A stretch of 42,185 bases of DNA from a bacterium (GTDB lineage Bacteria > Verrucomicrobiota > Kiritimatiellia > RFP12 > CAIWXQ01). Under the pieces are notes generated by a model. That model worked only from the letters and a program-made list of their open reading frames with translations, was not told the origin of the DNA and searched no databases. How positions within the stretch are numbered: position 1 is the first letter of the stretch; each line of letters begins with the position of its first letter. A program made the translations under genes and the position numbers. The DNA is taken from the NCBI GenBank assembly GCA_037129105.1, contig JBAXVM010000002.1:1-42185 (forward strand). The letters run 5' to 3'. Below, piece by piece: positions 14,975 through 22,848 of this stretch.

Positions 14975-15270
14975 TGTCTCTTGAAGCGTAACAACTCCGA
15001 CGATGGGTAATGGGTCAGTTATGGGATGGCGGCGGGTCCGGCGGTAAGTAGCCCCGGCCCGCCCCGGGCCGAGGGCGGAGTATGGCGTTGGGTTTGTATG
15101 CGCTTTGCGTGCGCTGGGCTCGAGGGCGAGTGGTTCGACGTTGCTCACCACATCCTGCCCGCGCTACTGGTCGCGACCGCCCGCCGGCGCATGACGGCTG
15201 GCTCGAAAAGACGAAGAGGAAAGACGAAGTAGCGGCGGTCTCTGACCGCCGGCTGAAGCGGAGTCACCCC

Positions 15271-16026
15271 ATGTTAGCCATTGAAACCAGTCAATTATCA
15301 CGAAACTTCGGCGCTGTGTGCGCGGTGGACAATCTGGCTTTGCGCGTCGAGGCCGGGACGTTCTACGGCTTTCTCGGTCCGAACGGCGCGGGCAAGTCCA
15401 CGACCATTAAGATGCTGACCGGCTTGCTGGCGCCCACCGGCGGCTTTATGCGCATCCTGGGCGCGGACCTCTCCGAGTCCGAGGCGGCGCGCGCCATCAA
15501 GCGCCGGATCGGCGTGGTGCCGGAGGATCTGGCGCTGTTCGATAACCTGACCGGTCGCGAATATCTCACGTTCATCGGACGCATGTACAGCCTGCCACCG
15601 GCCACCGTGCGGGAGAGGTGTCAGGAATTGCTGATCATGATGGGCCTGGCGGACGAAGAAAAAAAGGTCACGCTGGAATATTCGCACGGCATGAAGAAGA
15701 AGCTGGCGCTGGCTGCGGCCTTGCTACCTGATCCGGATCTGCTCTTTCTCGATGAGCCGTTCGAGGGCGTGGATGCCGTGGCCTCGCGCATGCTCAAGGA
15801 CATCCTGCTGCGGTTTGTGCAGCGCGGACGGACCGTGTTCCTGACATCGCACGTGCTGGAGATCGTCGAAAAACTTTGCACCGATGTCGGCATGATTGAC
15901 AAAGGACGGCTGGTCTACGAAGCCACCATGGCGGACATTCACGGCAGCAGCTCGCTGGAGGAGCGCTTCCTGGCAATGGTCGGCAAAGGGCAGGCCGAGC
16001 AACAGCGTCCGAGCTGGTTGGAGTAA
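15271..16026 (+). CDS. ABC transporter ATP-binding protein
   Basis: Internal ATG 15271, reading MLAIETSQLSRNFG. Walker A GPNGAGKSTT, signature YSHGMKKK, Walker B LLFLDEPFEGVD. Confidence 0.9.
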   Translation: MLAIETSQLSRNFGAVCAVDNLALRVEAGTFYGFLGPNGAGKSTTIKMLTGLLAPTGGFMRILGADLSESEAARAIKRRIGVVPEDLALFDNLTGREYLTFIGRMYSLPPATVRERCQELLIMMGLADEEKKVTLEYSHGMKKKLALAAALLPDPDLLFLDEPFEGVDAVASRMLKDILLRFVQRGRTVFLTSHVLEIVEKLCTDVGMIDKGRLVYEATMADIHGSSSLEERFLAMVGKGQAEQQRPSWLE

Positions 16027-16030
16027 CGGC

Positions 16031-17377
16031 ATGCTGCAGCATCTAGCGACTTTGGTGTGGCTCCGCTGGCGGCTGACCCGCAACCAGTGGCAACGGCAGG
16101 GCACGGCCAGCTTTGTGATTACGCTGCTGGTCGTGATCTTTGGCGCGCTGCTGGCTGTGGCAGGTGGCGTGGCAGGTGTATATTGCGGCTGGGATCTCTT
16201 GCCGGAATGCTCGGCGCTGACGATCATGCTGGTGTGGGACGGGCTGACAGTGTGTTTCCTGTTTTTCTGGATTTCCGGTCTGGTTACCGCGATACAAAAG
16301 GCCGAGATCATTGATTTGCGCCATCTGCTGCACTTGCCGATTTCGCTGCGCGAGGCGTTTGTGTTGAACTATCTCTCCTCGCTTTGTGCCATCAGCGTGA
16401 TCTTCTTTCTACCGGGCATGCTGGGGCTGGTCTTCGGATATGCGTTGGCTGCTGGCCCCCTGCAACTGCTGCTCGTGCTGCTGGTGCTGGGGTTTATCTT
16501 CATGGTGACAGCCTGGAGCTACTGCCTGCAAAGCTGGCTGGCGGCGATCATGGCCAATCCGCGTCGACGCCGCAACGTGATCATGGGGACAACGGTGGTT
16601 ATTATCCTGCTGGCTCAATTGCCCAATCTGCTGATGCACGCTCGCTCCGAGAAGGCTCAGGCATCCGCGACGCCCAGCAAAGCGGCAGTGGTCGAACGAG
16701 GTTCGTTGGCGGAGAAATGCGCCGGACTTGAGCGCGCGCATCTCTATATTCCATTTTTGTGGCTGCCGCAGGGTGCCAGGGCTTTGTCGGAAGGAAACGC
16801 CGGCGTGGCAGGATGCGGGATCATGGGAATGCTGGCGCTGGGATTTCTGGGGCTGGCGCGCGCCTATCGCACTACGGTGCGCGCGTACCGCGGGGAGGAG
16901 AAGGCGTCTGCGATGGTTCGGGTAGCCGAGCCGGTCAAGACCAACACGGGCGGGCTCCTGCTGGTGGAGCGAACCTTACTGCTGATTCCGGACGACGTGG
17001 CAGCCATGGCGCTGGCCTTCTGCACGGCCTTTTGCTGGTTCAGCGCCGCGGGTAATCTGACTTCGATCATGATTCCATTCCGGATTTCGGCGGGGACGAT
17101 GCGGGCGCACAAGCTCAAGAGTTCGACAGCCTTGCTGGTGATGCTTGTTGGCTTGTTACTGATGGCCACAGGATTGTTAATCTTTTTGCCGCCGGCGCTG
17201 GGGTTGTTGTGTGACCGCTTTCACGTGTTCTCCAGTGGCCTGGTGACCTTGATCGCTGCGGCGATTCAGGCCATCCTCACGGCGCTGCTGTATTGGTTTA
17301 CGCTGGCACCGTTGGGGCGTTTGTTGCAGCAGCGCGAGCAGCAGATCCTCGCGGTGGTCACACAGGAAGTGGAATAG
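16031..17377 (+). CDS. Polytopic membrane protein, putative ABC exporter permease partner
   Basis: ATG 16031 lies 4 nt after the ATPase stop. The 448-aa product has many hydrophobic helices. The N-terminus MLQHLATLVWLRWRLTRNQWQR is typical of putative ABC exporter membrane proteins. Confidence 0.65.
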   Translation: MLQHLATLVWLRWRLTRNQWQRQGTASFVITLLVVIFGALLAVAGGVAGVYCGWDLLPECSALTIMLVWDGLTVCFLFFWISGLVTAIQKAEIIDLRHLLHLPISLREAFVLNYLSSLCAISVIFFLPGMLGLVFGYALAAGPLQLLLVLLVLGFIFMVTAWSYCLQSWLAAIMANPRRRRNVIMGTTVVIILLAQLPNLLMHARSEKAQASATPSKAAVVERGSLAEKCAGLERAHLYIPFLWLPQGARALSEGNAGVAGCGIMGMLALGFLGLARAYRTTVRAYRGEEKASAMVRVAEPVKTNTGGLLLVERTLLLIPDDVAAMALAFCTAFCWFSAAGNLTSIMIPFRISAGTMRAHKLKSSTALLVMLVGLLLMATGLLIFLPPALGLLCDRFHVFSSGLVTLIAAAIQAILTALLYWFTLAPLGRLLQQREQQILAVVTQEVE

Positions 17378-17392
17378 GCGGTGGGTCCCAGC

Positions 17393-17443
17393 AGTTCTCA
17401 TTATGGCGACACGAATGCCCTTACGGGCACACTACAAACGGCC
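17393..17443. repeat. Family A half-copy (one arm only)
   Basis: AGTTCTCATTATGGCGACACGAATGCCCTTACGGGCACACTACAAACGGCC lies in the convergent gap between the ABC permease gene and dedA. Confidence 0.8.
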
Positions 17444-17483
17444 GGACCCGCCGCAAGCGCGCGGCGAGGTTTTCGGATAGGCG

Positions 17484-18104
17484 TTAAGGCATTTTCTCAG
17501 TTGGGGCGGCGGAAGAGCTCGCCAGCGCGCGCTGGGCGCGGCGCCTGCGCACGCGCCATACAATCAGCCGGATGATGCCGACCAGCACCAGCAGTCCGCC
17601 AAGGATGCATGGCAGCCAATGGTGGAGGTCCTCTTTTACGTTTTCCACGATTACGACGATGGCTTCGCCCATGCCATATCCGAGGCTGCCGAGCAGCGTG
17701 GCCCACGCGAGCGCGCCGAGGCAGTTCAACAGAGTAAACCGGCCGCGGCTCACGCCGCTGGCGCCGATCAGCAGCGGCGTCAGGATGCGAAAGCCGTAGA
17801 AGAAACGGAAGGCAAACGCGATGATGGACCCGTGCCGGCGCATGTGGTGGAACACGCGCTCGGTACGTACTTTTAAGCGCGGAAAACGATTCAGGACTTG
17901 AAGTCCCTGGTGACGGCCTAAATTGTAGAAGACCTGATCGCCGATGATGGCACCGGTGAATGCGGCCAGGATGACGCCGTACAGCTTCAGGTCCGTGCAG
18001 CGCGCGCACAATCCTCCCAGGATCAGGGCAATATCCCCCTCCAAAAACGTGCCGAGCAGCACGCCGAGGTATCCATAGGCTTCAATGCCTTCCTTGAGTG
18101 TCAT
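17484..18104 (-). CDS. DedA family membrane protein
   Basis: YGYLGVLLGTFLEGDIALILGG and the downstream F/R-rich helices are typical of DedA/SNARE-associated proteins. Its start overlaps the murA stop (ATGA). Confidence 0.85.
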   Translation of the reverse strand: MTLKEGIEAYGYLGVLLGTFLEGDIALILGGLCARCTDLKLYGVILAAFTGAIIGDQVFYNLGRHQGLQVLNRFPRLKVRTERVFHHMRRHGSIIAFAFRFFYGFRILTPLLIGASGVSRGRFTLLNCLGALAWATLLGSLGYGMGEAIVVIVENVKEDLHHWLPCILGGLLVLVGIIRLIVWRVRRRRAQRALASSSAAPTEKMP

Positions 18105-19384
18105 TCGGCCTCGCGGGAGATGGATGCGCCGAGGCGGCGCAGTTCTTCTTCGACTCGCTCGTAGCCACGGTCAATGCTCTCGGCATTGTGGATTACGGTT
18201 TCGCCGCGGGCGCAGAGTGCCGCCACGAGCAGCGCCATGCCGGCGCGGATATCGGGGCTGGCCACGCGTGTGCCGTGCAGTGTGGCCGGACCGGACACCA
18301 CGACGCGGTGGGGGTCGCACTGCACGATGCGGGCGCCCATGCCGATCAGGTGGTCCACAAAATACATGCGGCTCTCGAACATCTTCTCGAAGAAGAGCGC
18401 AGTGCCGCGCGTCTGGGTTGCGAGCACGATCAGCACGCTCATCAGGTCCGAGGGGAAGGCGGGCCAGGGGCCGTCCTCGATCTTGGGGATGGCATCGCCG
18501 AGGTCATAGGCGGTTCGCAGGCGCTGCCGGGCGGGGACATGCAGGGTGCCGTTTTCCAGCGACCACTTGACGCCGAACCGCGCGAAAGGTCGCGCCAGTG
18601 CCTCGAAGTCCGTGGATCCCACGTCCTGAATACGGAGATCACCGCCGGTTACCAGTGCGGCCACGAGGTAACTGCCGGCATCGATGAAGTCCGGTCCGAC
18701 GCGCGCTTGGACGCCGTGCAGGCGTTCCACGCCGTCGATGGTCAGGAGGTTGGTGCCGATCCCTTCGATGTGTGCGCCCATGGCTTGCAGCATGCGGCAG
18801 AGGTCCTGCACATGCGGTTCGCAGGCGCAGTTGTATAGCACGGTGCGCCCTTTGGCGAGGGTAGCGGCCATGACAAGGTTCTCGGTGCCGGTGACGCTGG
18901 CTTCGTCCAGCAGCACGCGCGCGCCAGTCAGCCCTTTGGCTCGGAATGCATACGTGCCATTGATGCGCACGGTTATGCCGAGCTGCTGCAGGCCGTCAAG
19001 GTGGGTGTCGATGCGCCGGCGACCGATCACATCACCGCCCGGCGGATAAATCACGGCGCTGCCGCTGCGCGCCACCAGCGGCCCGGCAAAGAGGATGGAG
19101 GAGCGGACCCGGCCGCAGAGCTTGCGATCGAGACGGGTTGTGCGGAGGCGGCGGGCGTGCAGGGTGACGGTCCGTGCGGCCTCGTCGAGCCGCACCTCGA
19201 CACCCAGGCGGTCGAGCAGTTCGAGCATGGTGCGCACATCCGCGATCAGCGGCAGGTTGGATAGGGTGACGGGCTCGTCGGTCAGCAGGCAGGCCGCCAG
19301 CATGGGGAGCGCGGCGTTTTTATTACCCGGCGTGCGGTGCGTGCCGCTGATTGGTCGACCACCCGTAATGACGAAACGTGACAT
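18101..19384 (-). CDS. murA: UDP-N-acetylglucosamine 1-carboxyvinyltransferase
   Basis: MSRFVITGGRPISGTHRTPGNKNAALPMLAACLL... shows EPSP-synthase/MurA-fold blocks throughout. The start was trimmed to ATG 19382-19384, giving 427 aa. Confidence 0.9.
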   Translation of the reverse strand: MSRFVITGGRPISGTHRTPGNKNAALPMLAACLLTDEPVTLSNLPLIADVRTMLELLDRLGVEVRLDEAARTVTLHARRLRTTRLDRKLCGRVRSSILFAGPLVARSGSAVIYPPGGDVIGRRRIDTHLDGLQQLGITVRINGTYAFRAKGLTGARVLLDEASVTGTENLVMAATLAKGRTVLYNCACEPHVQDLCRMLQAMGAHIEGIGTNLLTIDGVERLHGVQARVGPDFIDAGSYLVAALVTGGDLRIQDVGSTDFEALARPFARFGVKWSLENGTLHVPARQRLRTAYDLGDAIPKIEDGPWPAFPSDLMSVLIVLATQTRGTALFFEKMFESRMYFVDHLIGMGARIVQCDPHRVVVSGPATLHGTRVASPDIRAGMALLVAALCARGETVIHNAESIDRGYERVEEELRRLGASISREAE

Positions 19385-19529
19385 GATGAATAAATCCCGT
19401 GCAGGGCCATCCGGCACGCGCCGCCGGCAAAGTTGGCGCTTCGAGCGGACGGCTCCGGTACGGCAGGTACATTACGAGGCCAGGCGGCTGGGTGCAAGTG
19501 GATAAGTCGCACCCTGGGATGCATCGCGT

Positions 19530-19673
19530 GCGGTTTTCGCTTCAGCAGTTCTCATGATGGCGCCAAAACGCCTTACGGCGTCACTACAAACGGCCTAGCA
19601 ATGGCAAGAAGCCGTTCGTAGTGTGCCCGTAAGGGCATTCGTGTCGCCATAATGAGAACTGCGGTTTTCGCTT
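19530..19673. mobile_element. Family A full copy (19543-19660) flanked by a perfect 13-bp direct repeat
   Basis: GCGGTTTTCGCTT occurs at 19530-19542 and again at 19661-19673, immediately flanking the 118-bp palindromic element CAGCAGTTCTCATGATGG...CCATAATGAGAACT. Confidence 0.7.
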
Positions 19674-19755
19674 GGCAGAGGCGGGTGTGTGGCCTATGTT
19701 CAATGCATACGACGGCTTCCCCGCGCCGGGGAGCAAAAGACGGAGGGCATAAGGC

Positions 19756-20448
19756 ATGAGCACCACAGAGTCCGCCACGATCCCGATGGACCCGAAAGAC
19801 TATTACACCGTCATGTCGCACTTTTACCGCGGCGAGGTGGGGCGCATCATGCTCTGGCGCCAGCGGCTTGATCTGACGACCAACTGGGCCATTGCCGCGT
19901 CGACCGGTATCATCACCTATGCGCTGAGCCATGTCGAGGTGAGCCATCTGGTATTTTTCTTCGCGAACATTATTTGTCTGTTTCTGTTGATCATCGAGTC
20001 GCGACGCTATCGTTATTACGATGCTTTCCGGGCGCGTGTACGCATGCTGGAGGCGCATTTTCTGCGGCCGGTGGTGCAGCAGCAAAGCTCGCGCGACGAG
20101 ATCAACTGGCGCGTGCAACTGGCCGAGGATTTGGCGCTGCCGTCGTTCAAAATCAGCTGGTGCGAGGCGCTGTTCCGGCGTTTCGGCCGTAATTATGTGT
20201 GGCTGTTCCTGATTATTGGCGGGGCCTGGTTTGTCAAGGTGTGGGCGCACTGTCCGGGTGCGCAGGTGTTCGGCGGGTTTCTGTCGGCGGTGCAAAACGG
20301 GCAGCCTTTGCCGCGGTGGCTTTTCTGGGCCCTCGGCGTGCTATTTTTAGGCGCCATGGTCTGGCTGCTGCAGGGCGCGTTACGGCTAAAATCCTACACG
20401 GCGGAGTCCGACATCGGGCAGGTGCATAAGCGCGCTTGGCAGGTATAA
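19756..20448 (+). CDS. DUF2270-like integral membrane protein
   Basis: MSHFYRGEVGRIMLWRQRLDLTTNWAI...ESRRYRYYDAFRARVRMLE resembles the DUF2270 family as I remember it. GGAGGG lies upstream of the ATG. Confidence 0.65.
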   Translation: MSTTESATIPMDPKDYYTVMSHFYRGEVGRIMLWRQRLDLTTNWAIAASTGIITYALSHVEVSHLVFFFANIICLFLLIIESRRYRYYDAFRARVRMLEAHFLRPVVQQQSSRDEINWRVQLAEDLALPSFKISWCEALFRRFGRNYVWLFLIIGGAWFVKVWAHCPGAQVFGGFLSAVQNGQPLPRWLFWALGVLFLGAMVWLLQGALRLKSYTAESDIGQVHKRAWQV

Positions 20449-20493
20449 TATTTTGTCTTGTCGTTCTCTCCAAGTCTGTGCAGAATAAAAGGC

Positions 20494-21582
20494 ATGGGTC
20501 GTCATCGTCAGCATGTCGTATTGATCTATAACTCCTGTCGTGGTGCTGCGCCGGAAATGCCGGAAGACCACGGCAGCACCGACGAACTGCGCAAGTTCGT
20601 ACGGCAGTTGGCGCGCGTCATCCGGAAGCTCGGGCATCGGGTCACCCTGCTGCCCCTGGCCAATGACCTGATGGGTTTTCAGCGCCGGCTCACGCGGCTG
20701 CGGCCCGACGTGGTGTTTAACCAGTACGATGACGTGGTGCACGGCGCGCTGTATGAAATGCGCGTGGCTGCGCTGGTGCGGATGATGGGTTTCCCCATGA
20801 CCGGTTCCTCGGCGCTGGCACTCGGGCTCTGCCGTTACAAGCACATGGCCATCAGCCTGCTGCAGGGCGCCGGGCAGCCGGTGCCGCCGGAAAGCCGCAT
20901 CCTGGATCGCATCCGCGACGTTGACCGCCACCGCTGGAAATTTCCGGTGATTGTGCATCCGGCGCAGGAGCATGCCGGGATCGGGCTTGGGCGTGATTCG
21001 GTGGTGCATTCTGTGAAGGCGCTGCGCGACCAGGTGCGCATTATCTTGCGCGACTATGGCCAGGCCGCGCTGGCGCAACGATTTCTGCCAGGGCGCGAAT
21101 TTAACATTGGGCTGCTGGGCGGCAGGCGCCCGCGCGTGCTGCCGTTTGCCGAGGTCAATTACGAGAAACTGCCGCCCGATATCCCGCCGATCATGTCGTA
21201 TGCGGCCAAGTGGCTTTCGACTTCGGTCGAGTATAAGAAGACTTCGGTGGTTTGCCCGGCCGCGGTCGAGCCGGCTTTGGCGCGCCGGATCTCGCAGCTG
21301 GCGATTGATTCCTTCCGCGCGGTGGGCGGCTGGGGGTATGGTCGCGTGGACATCCGGCTGGACGAAAATCAGGAACCGTATGTGCTCGAGGTAAATTGCA
21401 ATCCGTGCGTGGAGGAGGATGTCGCGCTGGCCCGGTCCGCAGCGGCCGCCGGCATCAGCTACCCCAAAATGCTGCAGATGATCATTGACGCCGCGCTGGA
21501 GCGACCGCCCTTTGATGTGGATGTGCCGATGCTGCACTTCAGCAAGCGTCAGGCGCTTGGCGAGGCCAAAACTTCTTCATAG
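20494..21582 (+). CDS. ATP-grasp enzyme, D-alanine--D-alanine ligase-like family
   Basis: Internal ATG 20494. The N-terminal pre-ATP-grasp segment (VVLIYNS...VVFNQYDD) is followed by ATP-grasp blocks (KFPVIVHPAQEHAGIGL, FLPGREFNIGLLG, GYGRVDIRLDENQEPYVLEVNCNP). Confidence 0.75.
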   Translation: MGRHRQHVVLIYNSCRGAAPEMPEDHGSTDELRKFVRQLARVIRKLGHRVTLLPLANDLMGFQRRLTRLRPDVVFNQYDDVVHGALYEMRVAALVRMMGFPMTGSSALALGLCRYKHMAISLLQGAGQPVPPESRILDRIRDVDRHRWKFPVIVHPAQEHAGIGLGRDSVVHSVKALRDQVRIILRDYGQAALAQRFLPGREFNIGLLGGRRPRVLPFAEVNYEKLPPDIPPIMSYAAKWLSTSVEYKKTSVVCPAAVEPALARRISQLAIDSFRAVGGWGYGRVDIRLDENQEPYVLEVNCNPCVEEDVALARSAAAAGISYPKMLQMIIDAALERPPFDVDVPMLHFSKRQALGEAKTSS

Positions 21583-21592
21583 GCTGAAAACG

Positions 21593-22636
21593 ATGAAATT
21601 CCTGTTGGTTTTTTTGCTGCTGGCGCTGGCGGGTACGGCAGGTGTGTATTATGGGGTGCAGCCGTTGTGGCAGAGCCTGGGATGGACCATACCGCCACCC
21701 CGTCCCGCGGCCGCTACAACCCTCCCGCCGTCGGCACCCAGGAATGCCAATATCCAGCCGGTCGCAGCGGGCGAAAGCATGCACGCCAAGCCGGCGGCCG
21801 CTATCCCGGCCACCTCGCAGGCGCCGCGGCTTGCGCGTATCCACGATCCTGCCGACCCTGCCGCCCCGGGTTCCCAGACGGCGAACAACACGTCCGGGTC
21901 GCCTGGCGCAAATGATCTCCCCCCGCCTGCTACCGCTCCGGCCCAACCCGTGGCCGATGCCGGTAAGCCGATGCCGGCCGCCACGACCGGAAGCAAGACC
22001 TGGGGCATGACCATCACCTGCACCGCGTACTACTCCCTTTCCGGCGCCAATCGCGGCCAGTTGACCGGCGGTTCGATCATCGACATTGATGATACCCAGA
22101 CGACGTCGCGCGGCGAAATGTCGCAGGGGCGTATCGAGCGCGGCGGCGAAATGGCGGGGCCCTATCTTGTGGCGAATGCGGACCTGGTTCGCTTTCCGGT
22201 TGCGCGCAGCGAAGTTCCGCCCGAAAACATCGCAACCTTGAAACAATACTACAGCCTGAAGGGGAAGCTTGCGCAGCGCCTCGTGGAGCTCAAGAAGCAG
22301 TCTCTTAGCGCAAACCCGAATCCGCACGCCGCCGCCTATTCCGAGGCGGTCCAGAAGTACAACGACTTCGGCAGCCGGGAAAAAAACCTCGTGGGTCTGC
22401 GTGATGCGGCATCCGGAGCCGAACGGATGCGATTGGTGGACACGCTGCGCGCGATGATCCCGGAGGGCGAGCGACTGAAGCGTGTTGTTGATGATGCCAA
22501 GACTCGATACAACAGATGGAAGACGGACAACCCGGGCGTGGTGGCGCCGGATACGTCTGCCGGTGATGCGGAGGCGCAGGACCTGCGGCGCCAAATCGCC
22601 TCGCTTGAGCCGCAAGTCAAGGAAATCGCGCAGTAG
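21593..22636 (+). CDS. Membrane-anchored hypothetical protein with a Pro/Ala-rich linker
   Basis: Internal ATG 21593 with the TM anchor MKFLLVFLLLALAGTAGVYY. The C-terminal half has ordinary K/E/N/Y-containing composition, unlike the Arg/Gly-rich antisense ORF 21539..22669. Confidence 0.55.
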   Translation: MKFLLVFLLLALAGTAGVYYGVQPLWQSLGWTIPPPRPAAATTLPPSAPRNANIQPVAAGESMHAKPAAAIPATSQAPRLARIHDPADPAAPGSQTANNTSGSPGANDLPPPATAPAQPVADAGKPMPAATTGSKTWGMTITCTAYYSLSGANRGQLTGGSIIDIDDTQTTSRGEMSQGRIERGGEMAGPYLVANADLVRFPVARSEVPPENIATLKQYYSLKGKLAQRLVELKKQSLSANPNPHAAAYSEAVQKYNDFGSREKNLVGLRDAASGAERMRLVDTLRAMIPEGERLKRVVDDAKTRYNRWKTDNPGVVAPDTSAGDAEAQDLRRQIASLEPQVKEIAQ

Positions 22637-22660
22637 GAACCTGTCGGCAGAAGGCGCTGG
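22633..22660. repeat. Family C' half-site (TAGGAACCTGTCGGCAGAAGG...) containing the stop codon of the upstream gene
   Basis: GTAGGAACCTGTCGGCAGAAGGCGCTGG differs from 25542-25568 at one position, by eye. The TAG at 22634-22636 is the stop codon of CDS 21593..22636. Confidence 0.8.
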
Positions 22661-22823
22661 AATAACCAACGGCCCACGCCCGGCAGGCGAAGTCTTCAGC
22701 GTGGAGAGCTGTACGGCTTATTCTCATTCTCCCAGGGCAAGTCGCCGCAAGCAACGAGACGCCATGGGTTTGGTATGCCCCGACGCTTCCAGGTTTGCCG
22801 GGGACGGAAGAGAAGAAGTGATG

Positions 22824-22848
22824 TGGACGGCGTAAAGCCGTCCCTACC
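22824..22848. repeat. Family B fragment containing the stop codon of the GT-C-like gene
   Basis: TGGACGGCGTAAAGCCGTCCCTACC matches the Family B core. The CTA at 22844-22846 is the minus-strand TAG stop of CDS 22844..25396. Confidence 0.8.
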
